Part shown: positions 21,331 through 32,088 of the stretch, piece by piece | How the letters are laid out: each line of letters begins with the position of its first letter | How positions within the stretch are numbered: position 1 is the first letter of the stretch | Assembly: GCA_963833125.1 (NCBI GenBank) | Contig: CAWHWX010000007.1 | Coordinates: forward strand, 1-64,000 | Direction of reading: 5' to 3' | Source: Candidatus Bathyarchaeota archaeon | GTDB lineage: Archaea > Thermoproteota > Bathyarchaeia > 40CM-2-53-6 | DNA: 64,000 bases | Notes under the pieces: generated by a model | Database searches by the model: none | Told to the model about the DNA's origin: nothing | What the model saw: the letters and a program-made list of their open reading frames with translations, nothing else | Translations under genes and position numbers: made by a program

Positions 21331-21723
21331 TTAGAATACGTAGGCTAGGAGTCGCCCTCCCGTTTTAGATGTCCTAGCGTCACCGTGTGAAACAACTCCT
21401 TTGGGGGTGCTAACGATCAAAACGCCGACTTCTCGAGATGGAAGATATCTCTCCTCCCATCGTTCGATCTCAGGGATTCTCATGGCGTAGCGTGGTTTGA
21501 TTACTCCGCACTTATTCACTCTACCCAGAAGTTGGATCCTGTATTTTCCTGCTCTGCCATCGTCGATAAATTCGAATTCTCCGATGTATCCATTCTTCTG
21601 CATCACGCGCAATACCTGTCCCATGAGTTTTGAAGCCGGCCAAACAATGCATTCGCGCTTGTGACGCCGCTCGTTGTTATAGATGGTATTCAAAGCATTT
21701 GACAAAGGATCAGTAAGCGTCAA
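21331..21723 (-). CDS. rps8: 30S ribosomal protein uS8
   Basis: DPLSNAL, GYIGEFEFIDDGRAG, STPKGVVSH, GGRLLAYV. Confidence 0.96.
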   Translation of the reverse strand: MTLTDPLSNALNTIYNNERRHKRECIVWPASKLMGQVLRVMQKNGYIGEFEFIDDGRAGKYRIQLLGRVNKCGVIKPRYAMRIPEIERWEERYLPSREVGVLIVSTPKGVVSHGDARTSKTGGRLLAYVF

Positions 21724-21741
21724 GTCTCATCCCAACTCTGT

Positions 21742-22476
21742 TTAGGTTCTTATGGCACGCTTAGCCCGCCCGGTCTGGCGCACAGCTATCATCCCTACTT
21801 TCCTTCCAGGTGGAGTATTGCGGCCTACGGTCGTGGGTTTGCCGGCGTGCTTGTGTCGTCCCCCACCGTGTGGGTGTGAGGCTGAAATCATCTTCTGTCC
21901 ACTAACCATCGGCCAGAATCGGCCACGGGTTCGCATTAATTTCCATACAGTTCCAGCCTTCAGAAATGGTTTCTCAATCCTTCCCGCCCCAGCGACCACT
22001 CCAACCATTGCTCGACATTGGTCGTTCATGTAGAGGGATTTACCAGATGGAAGCCGGAGTTCCGTACCTTGCGGTGTGTGCGATACGACGAGGCAATACG
22101 TCCCTGACGACTTCGCTAGGCGGCCACCATCGCCGGGATGGAGTTCGACGCTCGAGATTAGGGTCCCTTCTGGAATGCGACCTAGGTGAAGTATGTTTCC
22201 GACGTCAGGCGAGGCGTCGCGTCCGACGGAAATGCCTTGGTTGATGAATAGCCCTTCCGTTGCTGGAAGGCAACATGATGTTCCATCAGCAAATTCAATT
22301 AGCGCAAGAGGAGCCCCACGCGCTGGCTCATGCATAATCTCTCTTACAGTCCCCTTCAGTGATGGGTCAGTCGTGCTTACTACCGGGAACCTCGTAGGTG
22401 CTATGCGTCTAAAGGTGTGAGCCCTGAAATTCGACCCACCCCTACCTCGACGTTGTACCCGGATCTGCTTACCCAT
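21742..22476 (-). CDS. rpl2: 50S ribosomal protein uL2
   Basis: MGKQIRVQRRGRG, HPHGGG, PPGRKVG. Confidence 0.96.
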   Translation of the reverse strand: MGKQIRVQRRGRGGSNFRAHTFRRIAPTRFPVVSTTDPSLKGTVREIMHEPARGAPLALIEFADGTSCCLPATEGLFINQGISVGRDASPDVGNILHLGRIPEGTLISSVELHPGDGGRLAKSSGTYCLVVSHTPQGTELRLPSGKSLYMNDQCRAMVGVVAGAGRIEKPFLKAGTVWKLMRTRGRFWPMVSGQKMISASHPHGGGRHKHAGKPTTVGRNTPPGRKVGMIAVRQTGRAKRAIRT

Positions 22477-22600
22477 GGGCTATCACTTTCTTTGGTGTCA
22501 AGCTCGCGTGCGTCTTGCCAGCGGTTGATGAACGGCCGATTGCTCTGTCCTAACTTAAACCTTTTTGGTGTTCCAATATCAACGTTGAATGTTGACTATG

Positions 22601-22975
22601 TCCCTCGGGATAGAATATCGTAAGGGCAGTCTTGGCGATGTGTCGAGACTCAAGTTTGCTGAAGGGCTGTCAGTTATTGGAGAAAGTGTCGAGTTTAATG
22701 TTCTGGGCATGAGTCACGAATATTGGGTCGCAGTTCAAGCGGACACCGTTGTCGGGCTCATTGTTCTTGGGAAGAACGGCGAACATGAGTTGAGAATAAT
22801 GCATCTTGAAGTCGCCCCAGCACACAAGAACGAAGGTGTTGGTTCCGGGTTACTGCAGTCCGTGACAGCCAATTACCCGGAGTACTCGATCTACGTTATA
22901 CCGTTCGAGGGAACCGAAGATTTCTATCGCCACCTAGGGTTCTTGAAAGTGAGTCGCTGGGAGATGCGCCGATAG
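22601..22975 (+). CDS. GNAT-family N-acetyltransferase
   Basis: LEVAPAHKNEGVGSGLL (motif A), FYRHLGF. Confidence 0.8.
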   Translation, partial: SLGIEYRKGSLGDVSRLKFAEGLSVIGESVEFNVLGMSHEYWVAVQADTVVGLIVLGKNGEHELRIMHLEVAPAHKNEGVGSGLLQSVTANYPEYSIYVIPFEGTEDFYRHLGFLKVSRWEMRR

Positions 22976-23051
22976 TCCTGCTCGATTCAGTAGTGGATAG
23001 ACGCCCGAATCTCCGTTTTGAGGATACATACACCCTCAGCCGAGATGATCG

Positions 23052-23110
23052 GGGCTCAGGTCTGGTTTCTTCGATCACAGGATCGCCAATACCAGCTTTC
23101 GTCATCGCCC
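23052..23110 (-). ncRNA. Box C/D 2'-O-methylation guide sRNA (dual guide, 16S helix 18)
   Basis: Minus strand: GGGC g AUGACGA aagcugguauug GCGA uccu GUGAUCG aagaaaccagac CUGA GCCC; 4-bp terminal stem, two 12-nt guides, intergenic. Confidence 0.8.
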
Positions 23111-23162
23111 ATGAGTCAGTGCTCTTGGGAGCTTAATCGTGCTTCCGGAATAAGTTAAGTCC

Positions 23163-26025
23163 CTACACGAAGCGCCGTCGCAGAACCTTCCTTTCAGCCT
23201 CCATAATTCCCTCAAAGAGCCGGTCTGAAACCTTCTGGGTTCTCCTAAGTACTACCCTAGCCTCAAAGGGCCGAATTCTTCTGCCAGCCATCACGAGAGC
23301 CGCAACTTTACCGAATTTCCGGAGAAGTAGTGCGCTGCCTCGCAGGTCGTCGACAATTCTCTCTTCGTGCTCAGACAGTTTGCGTGATTTCTTAAGGTGG
23401 ATCTTTTCAATGCTTTCGGGCAATTCTGCAGTGATTCCGAGGCACGACTTCTTGCATTTCGGACAAGTGAAATCGTCAGGCATGTCCTTCACTCGTTGCA
23501 TCTGTGCGTAGGCAAAACACTTCGGGCATGCTAATGTCCGAAATTCGTTAAGGATCCTCACCTTCGTAGATTCGATGAGGATCCGCTTCATCTTCTCTGG
23601 TGGGATAAGGTCGGTCTTTCTGCTTATTCTTTCAATCCCGATCCTCGCGATTGGGCTCGCGGCGGATGAATGTGGAGCAACTAGCAGTTCCACATTGTTC
23701 CCTATTTGCTGAAGCACTCTAACCGTGTTGGCGACATCCAGGTCCTTCTCCAATGTTTCCTTGAAAGCTTCATCCATGATTACTGTTCCTTCGAAACTCT
23801 TCATTAGTTGGCGGAGGTTCACGCTTCCTGACTCGACCCACCTTGTTATCGCACCAAACCGTTTGGCAACGTGAATCAGTCGCCGTTTGAATAGACCCGT
23901 TTTCTTAGTCGATTCAAGGACTAAGTTTTGAATCTCCATTTTTCCAAGCTGCTTCAGCGTATCTGCAACTTTCGTGGCCCCTGCGGATCCAGAAGTCTGT
24001 ATCAAGATTCGGTATGGATCCTGCTGTACTCCTATGGTGACACCGATCTCTTCCGACAGTAGGTGTCCTACCAATCGTGCGAGTGTTCTGTTGACTAAGA
24101 GACCGAAGTGTGCGTGTATAATCACAAAGTCATCCCAGTCCTCGACGATGACACGGTTATCGCTTGGAACTTTGATTCCCAGGGATATCTGCTCGAGAGT
24201 TTCGCTCAGTGATCGGCGCATCGTCTCAGCGTCAGCAGGATAATCCCCACATAGCTCTTCGATTAGTTCCCGTTCCGCTCTCCCAGCTCGAATAGTTTCT
24301 TCCGCCCGTCGTCTTATGGACCCCACTTCCTGACCAATTTCGTAGGGGACTGGGATTTCTTCGCCTATCCAGCTCGGAATCGAACCCGAAGGGTCCCGGA
24401 TTTGCTTCACGTAGATTTTGTCCCCTCGAATGCTTGTCATCTTCCAAGGGCTCCCTCTCACGATGAATTTTCGCCCAGGTTCGCCATACTCAGCCACGAA
24501 AGCTTCGTCGAGAACACCGACTGCTTGATCGTCTGCTTCGTCTATGATCAGGTACTGTTTTTCGTCTGGAATCATGGAGAGCTTGCCGAAGTAGTAGGTA
24601 TAGAGAGACTTGATTCTCCTTGGTCGAAGAATTAACTTGTCTAAGTCCGAGTACCAGGCTAAGCGTGGAAAACGAGTGTGCATGTAGTTAATCACCCCGA
24701 GCAATTCCTGCTCGGTTAGATCCTTGTACGGGTAGGCTTTCGTGACGAGTTCCATGATCTCGTTAATGTACCATCTACCCTTCTGAATCAGTAACCCCAC
24801 TAATTGATGGGCAAGCACGTCGAGGGGTTTGTCTGGGATTGAGACGGGCTCCAACTCTTCTTTGAGCGCACGTCTGGCTATGACCATAGATTCGAGGGTG
24901 TCGTCGGAATCGAGTGCAACGATGACGCCGTCAGCTACTCTGCCGATGCTGTGTCCACTTCTTCCCACCCTTTGAATTAGTCGAGTGACCTGTCTCGGGC
25001 TCATGTACTGAATTACAAAGTCTACGCGCCCAACGTCAATTCCAAGTTCTAGAGATGAGGTAGCGACGAGGCCTCGAAGCTGACCGCCCTTCAGCCCACG
25101 CTCCGCGCTAATCCTAGATGGTTTAGCCAGGGAGCCGTGGTGGATTGATACAGGGAAGTCTACGTCCCAGACCTTCAATCGACTCGCAAGAATTTCGGCA
25201 ATGGAACGTGTGTTCGTGAATAGTATGACAGATCGATGATCTTCAATCATTTTGCGCATAATGCTCAGCCACGCCGCGACTTCTGGGTGAGTAAATAGCC
25301 TGGACGCTAGGGCAACATCCTTTGCGGTAGGTTTTGGGCAGATCACGTTTAAGCGAATTTCACGTCCGACGGGAACTTGAATGATCGTAGCTTCCCTGCC
25401 ATTCCCAACCAAGAATTTCACAACTTTTTCTGGAGTGCCAATGGTTGCTGAGAGGCCAATCATTTGAAATTCATGGGTAGCGGCGCCTCTCAGTCGCTCG
25501 ATCGCTATCGTAAGTTGGCTTCCTCGTTTGTCTTCGGCCAATTCATGAACTTCATCGATGATGACGTATCTCACGGCTTGTAGGTGACGCTTCATCACTC
25601 TTCCAGTCAATATGGCTTGAAGGGTTTCAGGCGTTATGATTAGCATGTCTGGGGGGTTCTTAGCCTGGAAACTTCGTTCCTTAACTTCCGTATCGCCATG
25701 CCTAACCGCGATCCGGACATCGAGCCGCTTACCCCACCACTCAAACCGATCCATCATGTCTCGGTTTAGGGCACGCAACGGCGTGATGTACAGGATCTTG
25801 ATCCCACGATCTTCTCCACGGTCGGCGATGTACTTGCTGAGAACTGGAAAAACGGCAGCTTCTGTCTTGCCGGAGGCGGTTGGAGAGATTAATAGAACGT
25901 TTCTGCCGGCTAGGATTTCGGGAATAGCTTGAAGCTGTGGGTCTGTGGGGGAAACGAATCCGCGTTCCACTATGGCGTCGCAGTAATGGTTTGGCGAGTT
26001 CGTCGAAGACGTTGAGTTGTTGCAG
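23163..26025 (-). CDS. lhr: Lhr-family SF2 DEAD/DEAH helicase, frameshifted near the N-terminus
   Basis: SPTASGKT, DEVH, GLSAT, HHGSL, LELGIDVG, QRVGRSGH, C-terminal CPKC pairs. Confidence 0.92.
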
Positions 26026-26306
26026 CCCTGTTGCCTCGTAGAACCTCGTGGCGAAAGCTACTCCGTCCGGTGTAAAAACATCGTGCACATTTCTAGCGTC
26101 TCATCTCAAAGATTCCATGCGAATACTTCGTTTAGGCTTGACACGGCCGCACGTGTAGTTTTGGACCTTAGATTGGACGAAAAAGTCGATTTATCCAGTT
26201 GAGTTCTTGTTACGCTACTCGGGACCCGATTGCCTACTCAGTTATGGTTGACACTTGAACCAACGGATGCGGTAGCTCCGGCGTCTGGGGATACGTCAGA
26301 TTAAGC

Positions 26307-26342
26307 TATATACTTACTTTGGTTATCCTCCCCCCCAGGATA
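26307..26342 (+). promoter_or_regulatory. TATA box plus CsoR/RcnR-type operator
   Basis: TATATA at 26307-26312; inverted repeat TATCCT-C7-AGGATA at 26324-26342, just before the repressor ATG. Confidence 0.75.
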
Positions 26343-26346
26343 GGAT

Positions 26347-26610
26347 ATGTCATCCCACAAGAGAGAGGATGTAGCCAAGAGGATTGCACGAATCCATGGC
26401 CATGTGCACGGGATATTGGAAATGCTCGAACAAGGAAGATCATACTCCGAGATTGTACAGCAGATCTCGGCTGTACAAGCTGGACTCGACAGCGCGGTTC
26501 AGACAATTGTTGAAGATTTGGTGGAGGACTGTGTCGCAAAATCGGGCAAGAACAAGTCGGCTTCTGAGGCAGCTCTCGAACTCCAGGAAGTCATAGCCAG
26601 AACTCGATGA
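26347..26610 (+). CDS. CsoR/RcnR-family metal-sensing repressor with non-canonical ligands
   Basis: KRIARIHGHVHGILEMLEQGR...IVQQISAVQAGL...VEDC. Confidence 0.85.
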   Translation: MSSHKREDVAKRIARIHGHVHGILEMLEQGRSYSEIVQQISAVQAGLDSAVQTIVEDLVEDCVAKSGKNKSASEAALELQEVIARTR

Positions 26611-26644
26611 CACATATACCTCAAAGAAGGCGAGAATCTTAACC

Positions 26645-28540
26645 ATAAGCAATAGGCGGCAAGAAATTGCACAAGACAAAGAAGATAATCAGGCCGGGGA
26701 AGAACACGAGCAGAACACGTCGAGAGAGCTGCTACGACTTTCGCTGTTGGGCGTTGCCGCCCTGCTCAGCTGGATCGGAATATGGCGTACACTCATACCG
26801 ATAGACCTCATTGCGATACTCGCGAGCTTAGTAGGTGGCTATCCAGTCTACAAAGAAACCTTCGGAGCCCTCAGACACGGTCACGTAAACATGGAAGTGT
26901 CCATGACTGTTGCCATCTTTGCTTCACTCGCTGTCGGACAATATACCGTGTCGGTTGTAATCACATTCTTCGTCCTCCTATCAGAATACATCGAGACCTA
27001 CGCAGTCGACAAAGGACGACAAACCATAACCCTGCTCGAAAAGTCAGCCCCAAAAAGAGCCCTTGTTAGACGCAACGGTACCGAAATTGAAGTGGACACA
27101 CAATCTCTCCAACCCAACGATATCGTCATCGTGAGAGATGGCGAACGCATACCTGTGGACGGAACGATCGTCATTGGGACAGCATTCGTAAATCAATCAA
27201 TGATGACTGGCGAATCAACTAGACTCGAGAAGAATAGTGGTGATACGGTTTACGCTGGAAGCATAAATGAATCAGGCATCATCGAGGTGCGAACAGACAA
27301 CGTTGGTAGCGAAACTCTATTCGGAAAGATCATCAAACTTGTAGAAGAAGCGGAGAACAAGAAAGCCCCAATACAGAAGACCTCGGACAAGCTTGCTACG
27401 TGGCTCGTTGAATTTGCGATTGGGTTCTCTGCGCTCACCTTTGTATTGACAAGAAATCTAACCTCCACGCTTTCAGTCATTGTAGTAGCTGGTGCCTGTG
27501 GAGTCGCTGCCGGAACACCGCTTGCGATTGTTGCAATCATGGGCAAGGCCGCGAAGAAGGGTGCCATCATCAAGGGAGGAGCATACGTCGAGGAAATGAA
27601 CAGAATTGATACCGTTGTAATTGACAAGACGGGAACTCTCACTTTCGGAGATGCCGTAGTTACGAAGATTATCGCTTTCGATGGATATACGCAACAAAAG
27701 ATCCTGGAATATGCGGCTGTGGCGGAAAGGCACTCCAATCATCCGCTTGCGCGGGCGATAGCTGGCAAAGCGGCTGAGTTGGGAATCGTTCTTCCCAGTT
27801 CTGGGCAGCCCTCGTCCAATTATCTTCCCGGTAAGGGAATAGTCTCAGTCTACGGCGGAGAAGAAAACGTGGTGGGAAACAACGTTCTGATGATGGAGAA
27901 GAAGGTTAAGTTTCCGGCTGGCGGGAGCCAACTACTTGAGAGTGAGGTTTCAAACGGGGCATCAACAATACTTGTTGCCCACGCCGGAACAGTGTGCGGC
28001 ATGATTGCAATATCGGACAGAGTAAGAGCGGAAAGCAAGAAAGCAATAGCGTCTCTGAAAGAGATGGGGATTCGCACCATAATGCTCACAGGAGACACCA
28101 AAGCAGCCGCAAAAGCAGTTGCGAAGGAAGTTGGGGTAGAAGAGGTTCAAGCCGAATTGCTTCCGGGAGACAAGGTTGCTTTCGTCGAAAGCCTTGTCGC
28201 CGAAGGTCACAGAGTGGCTATGGTTGGTGACGGTATCAACGACGCGCCTGCACTAGCGCGGGCTAGTGTCGGGATCGGAATGGGAGCAGGAACAGATGTT
28301 GCAATTGAAGAAGCGGACATCGTTCTGATGACCAATGACCTCCAAAAGATTGCCGATGTTGCGAAGTTGAGTAAGAAAGCCTATCGCACAATAATGACAA
28401 ACTTCTATGGGACAATTATGGTAGACGGGATAGGTGTCACTCTTGCCTTCCTCGGGTTCCTAAGCCCGCTTCTGGCTGCAGGGATACACGTTGTATCGGA
28501 GCTTATCTTCATCCTAAATTCTGCACGGCTGATTAGGTGA
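26645..28540 (+). CDS. Heavy-metal P1B-type ATPase with GACG transmembrane motif
   Basis: TGES, DKTGT, SNHPLA, MLTGD, GDGINDAPAL; no N-terminal HMA domain; start uncertain (frame open from 26597, first NTG-type call at 26747). Confidence 0.92.
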   Translation: MSNRRQEIAQDKEDNQAGEEHEQNTSRELLRLSLLGVAALLSWIGIWRTLIPIDLIAILASLVGGYPVYKETFGALRHGHVNMEVSMTVAIFASLAVGQYTVSVVITFFVLLSEYIETYAVDKGRQTITLLEKSAPKRALVRRNGTEIEVDTQSLQPNDIVIVRDGERIPVDGTIVIGTAFVNQSMMTGESTRLEKNSGDTVYAGSINESGIIEVRTDNVGSETLFGKIIKLVEEAENKKAPIQKTSDKLATWLVEFAIGFSALTFVLTRNLTSTLSVIVVAGACGVAAGTPLAIVAIMGKAAKKGAIIKGGAYVEEMNRIDTVVIDKTGTLTFGDAVVTKIIAFDGYTQQKILEYAAVAERHSNHPLARAIAGKAAELGIVLPSSGQPSSNYLPGKGIVSVYGGEENVVGNNVLMMEKKVKFPAGGSQLLESEVSNGASTILVAHAGTVCGMIAISDRVRAESKKAIASLKEMGIRTIMLTGDTKAAAKAVAKEVGVEEVQAELLPGDKVAFVESLVAEGHRVAMVGDGINDAPALARASVGIGMGAGTDVAIEEADIVLMTNDLQKIADVAKLSKKAYRTIMTNFYGTIMVDGIGVTLAFLGFLSPLLAAGIHVVSELIFILNSARLIR

Positions 28541-28784
28541 AAAGGATCAGCCATTTCAGGCCCGCAACCTAAGTATCCGGTGGTTTCGTGTTGCGGCAAC
28601 CGGATTAGCACCGTAACCCTGGCCCAATAGAGTATCATACCTCGATGGGGGGCGTTCCGTACTATGGAAGACGCCTAACTGAAAGTAACCTTCACGTACG
28701 ACAAGTCTGGACAAAACTTGCCTAATCCGTGCAAAGTTTAAGGGGAAAACTGCTTCTACGGATGAGTGAAAATGCCGTTAGCTC

Positions 28785-30572
28785 GTGAGAAACTTGCCAA
28801 TACGCCAACCAATAGTCGTGGTCCTTGGCCACGTGGACCATGGGAAAACCACATTACTGGACAAGCTGCGGGGGACGACGGTAGCTAAACATGAGCCTGG
28901 GCTAATCACGCAGTTGATTGGCGCCAGCCTACTGCCCAGTGAGACGATTAGGCAAATCTGCGGCGATCTGCTGCAACAGTTTCATTTCGAGTTGAAAGTG
29001 CCCGGCCTCCTCTTTATCGATACGCCAGGGCATGAGACTTTCTCAAATTTGCGAAGAAGAGGAGGTTCGGCTGCAGATATTGCGATTCTCGTAGTCGATG
29101 TCACGAAAGGCATAGAGCCCCAAACTGTAGAGTCGATAAATATACTCAAGAGTCGAAAAACACCATTCATTGTCGCTGCCAACAAGATCGATGCCGTTCC
29201 CGGATGGAAATCGCATCCCGACTCTTCGTTTCTCCGGTCGCTCAAGGATCAGTTTCCAGAAGTGCAGACGGAACTGGACAATCGCGTTTACACTATTATT
29301 GGGACCCTATCGAGGCTCGGTTTCCGCGCGGAACGGTTTGACAGAATAGCAGAGTTCAGACAAAACGTGGCAATAGTTCCAGTGAGCGCGAAGACGGGGG
29401 AGGGGATTCCAGAATTGCTTGCTATACTCACAGGCCTAACACAGGCGTACCTTGAGAACGAACTTCAAGTCACCTCCGGCCCAGCACGTGGAACAGTATT
29501 AGAGGTGAAAGATGATCCGGGGTTGGGCACTACTGTCAACGCCATAATCTACGACGGATCGTTGAAAGTTCACGATACAATTGTTCTGGGTGGGCGTGAC
29601 CGACCGATAGTAACTGAGGTCCGGGCCATACTCGTGCCCAAACCTCTCGACGAGATCAGGGATCCGAGGGACCGATTCACCAGCGTGCGTAGAGTTACAG
29701 CGGCGTCCGGAGTCAAAATCGCTGCACCTTCCCTAGAAAGCGCACTTGCGGGTTCAACAATCTATGCTGTCCCGAAGGGAAAGAACACTAAGGAATATGT
29801 TCGAATCATCGAGGATGAGGTTGAGAAACTTCGAATAAAGACTGAGCGTTCCGGAATTGTCCTCAAGACCGACACTCTGGGGTCCCTGGAAGCGGTTACC
29901 GAGGAACTTTCACGACATGATATTCCAATCCACTTGGCAGATATTGGTGACGTTTCGAAGCGTGACGTCATTGAGGCTGAAACAGCCAGCGAAGAAGACC
30001 GTTTGTTGAGGGTGATTCTCGCTTTCAATGTCAAGGTCCTACCCGACGCTGAGGAGGAGTCGAAAACTAGTGAGACACCGATCTTTCAGTCGGACGTTAT
30101 TTACCATATGATGGAGGATTATTTGAGGTGGAATGAGGAACAGCGCAGCGCAGGAGTAAAGGCTGAACTAGATGCATTAGTTAGGCCTTGTAAAGCTAAG
30201 TTTCTTTTAGGATTCATTTTCAGACGAAGCAAACCCGCAATTGTTGGTCTAGAGATTGTTTCGGGCCGTCTGAAACCGAAGTACCCTCTCATATCCTCAT
30301 CTGGGAAGAAGCTCGGCCAAGTTCAGAGGATTCAGGATCAAGGCAAGGACGTAATGGAGGCGGTTGTGGGTGGTCAGGTGGCCGTTTCTATCGAAGACGG
30401 TGTTGTTGGCCGCAACATCTCAGAGGGCGACACAATCTATGTGGATGTACCTGAGAGACACCTGAAGACGCTTATGACGAAATTCCCTTCCGAACTTGTT
30501 GAGAGTGATCGGGAAACGGTGAAGGAGCTAATTCAACTTAAGAGAAGGGAAAATCCAGTCTGGGGGCTCTAA
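28785..30572 (+). CDS. infB: Translation initiation factor aIF5B (IF-2)
   Basis: [42 protein letters not shown]. Confidence 0.96.
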   Translation: MRNLPIRQPIVVVLGHVDHGKTTLLDKLRGTTVAKHEPGLITQLIGASLLPSETIRQICGDLLQQFHFELKVPGLLFIDTPGHETFSNLRRRGGSAADIAILVVDVTKGIEPQTVESINILKSRKTPFIVAANKIDAVPGWKSHPDSSFLRSLKDQFPEVQTELDNRVYTIIGTLSRLGFRAERFDRIAEFRQNVAIVPVSAKTGEGIPELLAILTGLTQAYLENELQVTSGPARGTVLEVKDDPGLGTTVNAIIYDGSLKVHDTIVLGGRDRPIVTEVRAILVPKPLDEIRDPRDRFTSVRRVTAASGVKIAAPSLESALAGSTIYAVPKGKNTKEYVRIIEDEVEKLRIKTERSGIVLKTDTLGSLEAVTEELSRHDIPIHLADIGDVSKRDVIEAETASEEDRLLRVILAFNVKVLPDAEEESKTSETPIFQSDVIYHMMEDYLRWNEEQRSAGVKAELDALVRPCKAKFLLGFIFRRSKPAIVGLEIVSGRLKPKYPLISSSGKKLGQVQRIQDQGKDVMEAVVGGQVAVSIEDGVVGRNISEGDTIYVDVPERHLKTLMTKFPSELVESDRETVKELIQLKRRENPVWGL

Positions 30573-30573
30573 A

Positions 30574-31032
30574 TCATTTCAGCAAGAATTCGCGTTCAGT
30601 TGGTTTGGAATATTTCGTAATCTCGTTGCCTGAGAAGAAGATAGACATTTCTCGTTTCGCATTCTCCGGCGAGTCAGCTCCATGAATAGCATTTGGGGTG
30701 ACTTGAAGAGCGAAATCCCCTCGAATCGTTCCGGCTGCCGCGCTGAGAGGGTTCGTGGCTCCCACTAGATTTCTAACTACGGTGACGGCGTTCGGACCCT
30801 CCCAGACCATCAAGAATACGGGGCCGGAGGTTACGTGCGATACGAGTTCATTGAAGAATGGTTTGCCTTTGTGCACGCCGTATAATCTTTCGGCCTGATC
30901 ATGAGACATTTGCAGCAGCTTTGCCGCAACCAAGAGGAGACCTTTTCTCTCGAATCGCGAGACTATTTCGCCAATTAACCCCCTCATGACACTTTCGGGT
31001 TTCAGAAAAGAGAAGGTTTGCTCCGTTTCCAA
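30574..31032 (-). CDS. ndk: Nucleoside diphosphate kinase
   Basis: KPE, GKPFF, GATNP, GTIRGDF, NAIHGAD. Confidence 0.95.
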   Translation of the reverse strand: METEQTFSFLKPESVMRGLIGEIVSRFERKGLLLVAAKLLQMSHDQAERLYGVHKGKPFFNELVSHVTSGPVFLMVWEGPNAVTVVRNLVGATNPLSAAAGTIRGDFALQVTPNAIHGADSPENAKREMSIFFSGNEITKYSKPTEREFLLK

Positions 31033-31043
31033 TGCTAACGGGC

Positions 31044-31238
31044 CTACTTGCCTCTTTCCTTCTTCCCATAGTAAAGGGTCCACTTTAGTTTACGTGGATC
31101 TCTCTTGTAGACCATCCTGCTCTTTCTGCATTTAGTCGAACAGAAATAGAAAATCGTCCCGTCATTTTGGATGAACATTATGCCCGTTCCCTGGTGGAAG
31201 TCCTTTCCACAAAAGGAGCATGTATAGGTTCTCGGCAA
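31044..31238 (-). CDS. rpl24e: 50S ribosomal protein eL24
   Basis: CSFCG...GTG...FCSTKC...PRKLKWT. Confidence 0.95.
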   Translation of the reverse strand: MPRTYTCSFCGKDFHQGTGIMFIQNDGTIFYFCSTKCRKSRMVYKRDPRKLKWTLYYGKKERGK

Positions 31239-31255
31239 CTTTCAGACGCGTCTCC

Positions 31256-31480
31256 CTACCTGATCTTCTTAGCTTCCCTTTCAGTTTCCCGAAGCATCAA
31301 GATATCTCCAGTTCGTATCGGACCCTTGATGTTTCTGGTAATGACTCGGCCCTTGTCCCGCCCCTCCAAGATTCTGACCCGTACCTGAATGACCTCCCCG
31401 GTCACACCAGTTCGCCCGATAATTTGAGTAACTTCGGCGGGTGTGATCGCTTCTTCGGAACGGTCCTTCGCCGAACTCAT
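31256..31480 (-). CDS. rps28e: 30S ribosomal protein eS28
   Basis: [24 protein letters not shown]. Confidence 0.95.
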   Translation of the reverse strand: MSSAKDRSEEAITPAEVTQIIGRTGVTGEVIQVRVRILEGRDKGRVITRNIKGPIRTGDILMLRETEREAKKIR

Positions 31481-31482
31481 GC

Positions 31483-31869
31483 CTAAGATTTAGCCCCAGT
31501 TTTCTTCAGTTGATCGATTGCGTCTGTAACTTCCTTAAGCGATTTTGCGCCTTCTCCAGCTTCGAGAACGGTGACGGCTGCGCAGCCAACATCAATACCC
31601 GCGGCTCGACCTAGGTCAAGCTTGCTTGGGACGAAGAGGTAGTGAATCTTGCGTTCGTCGCAAAGAATGGGTATGTGCGCAACTACTTGAGGCGGGTCCA
31701 CATCCTCTGCAATGAGGACAAGCTTCGCTACCGCTCTTTCAACGGCCTTTGTACTCTCGTTTGTTCCCTTCCTTAGTTTCCCTGAATCCTTAGCGACCTG
31801 TACAACTTGGAGAGCCTTCTCCGAAAGCTCCTTTGGGACTTCGAACTTAACGTAGAACGATTTTGGCAT
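31483..31869 (-). CDS. rpl7ae: Ribosomal protein L7Ae
   Basis: [27 protein letters not shown]. Confidence 0.96.
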   Translation of the reverse strand: MPKSFYVKFEVPKELSEKALQVVQVAKDSGKLRKGTNESTKAVERAVAKLVLIAEDVDPPQVVAHIPILCDERKIHYLFVPSKLDLGRAAGIDVGCAAVTVLEAGEGAKSLKEVTDAIDQLKKTGAKS

Positions 31870-32088
31870 TCGCTTCACTGCACATTTGCCAATTTATAGC
31901 GTAAGGTCATGTGGGCCTTTTATGAAGGTTTCTGCCACGAATCTTGGCTCACCCGGCTAGCGAAACCACTTCAGGAATCATTGTTCTGAGCAGAAAATGT
32001 AACCGATTAACTGATTTGTTATGAAACTTGAATAGGCACCTGTGCCCCACTTGCGACACCTTGTCGTCGCGAGATGGACTCTGATACC

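Noticed and set aside
28644-28680. Fluoride-riboswitch-like words (GATGG..GTTC..GACGCCTA)
   Set aside because: Lacks the P1 stem and spacing of the crcB motif, and the downstream gene is infB
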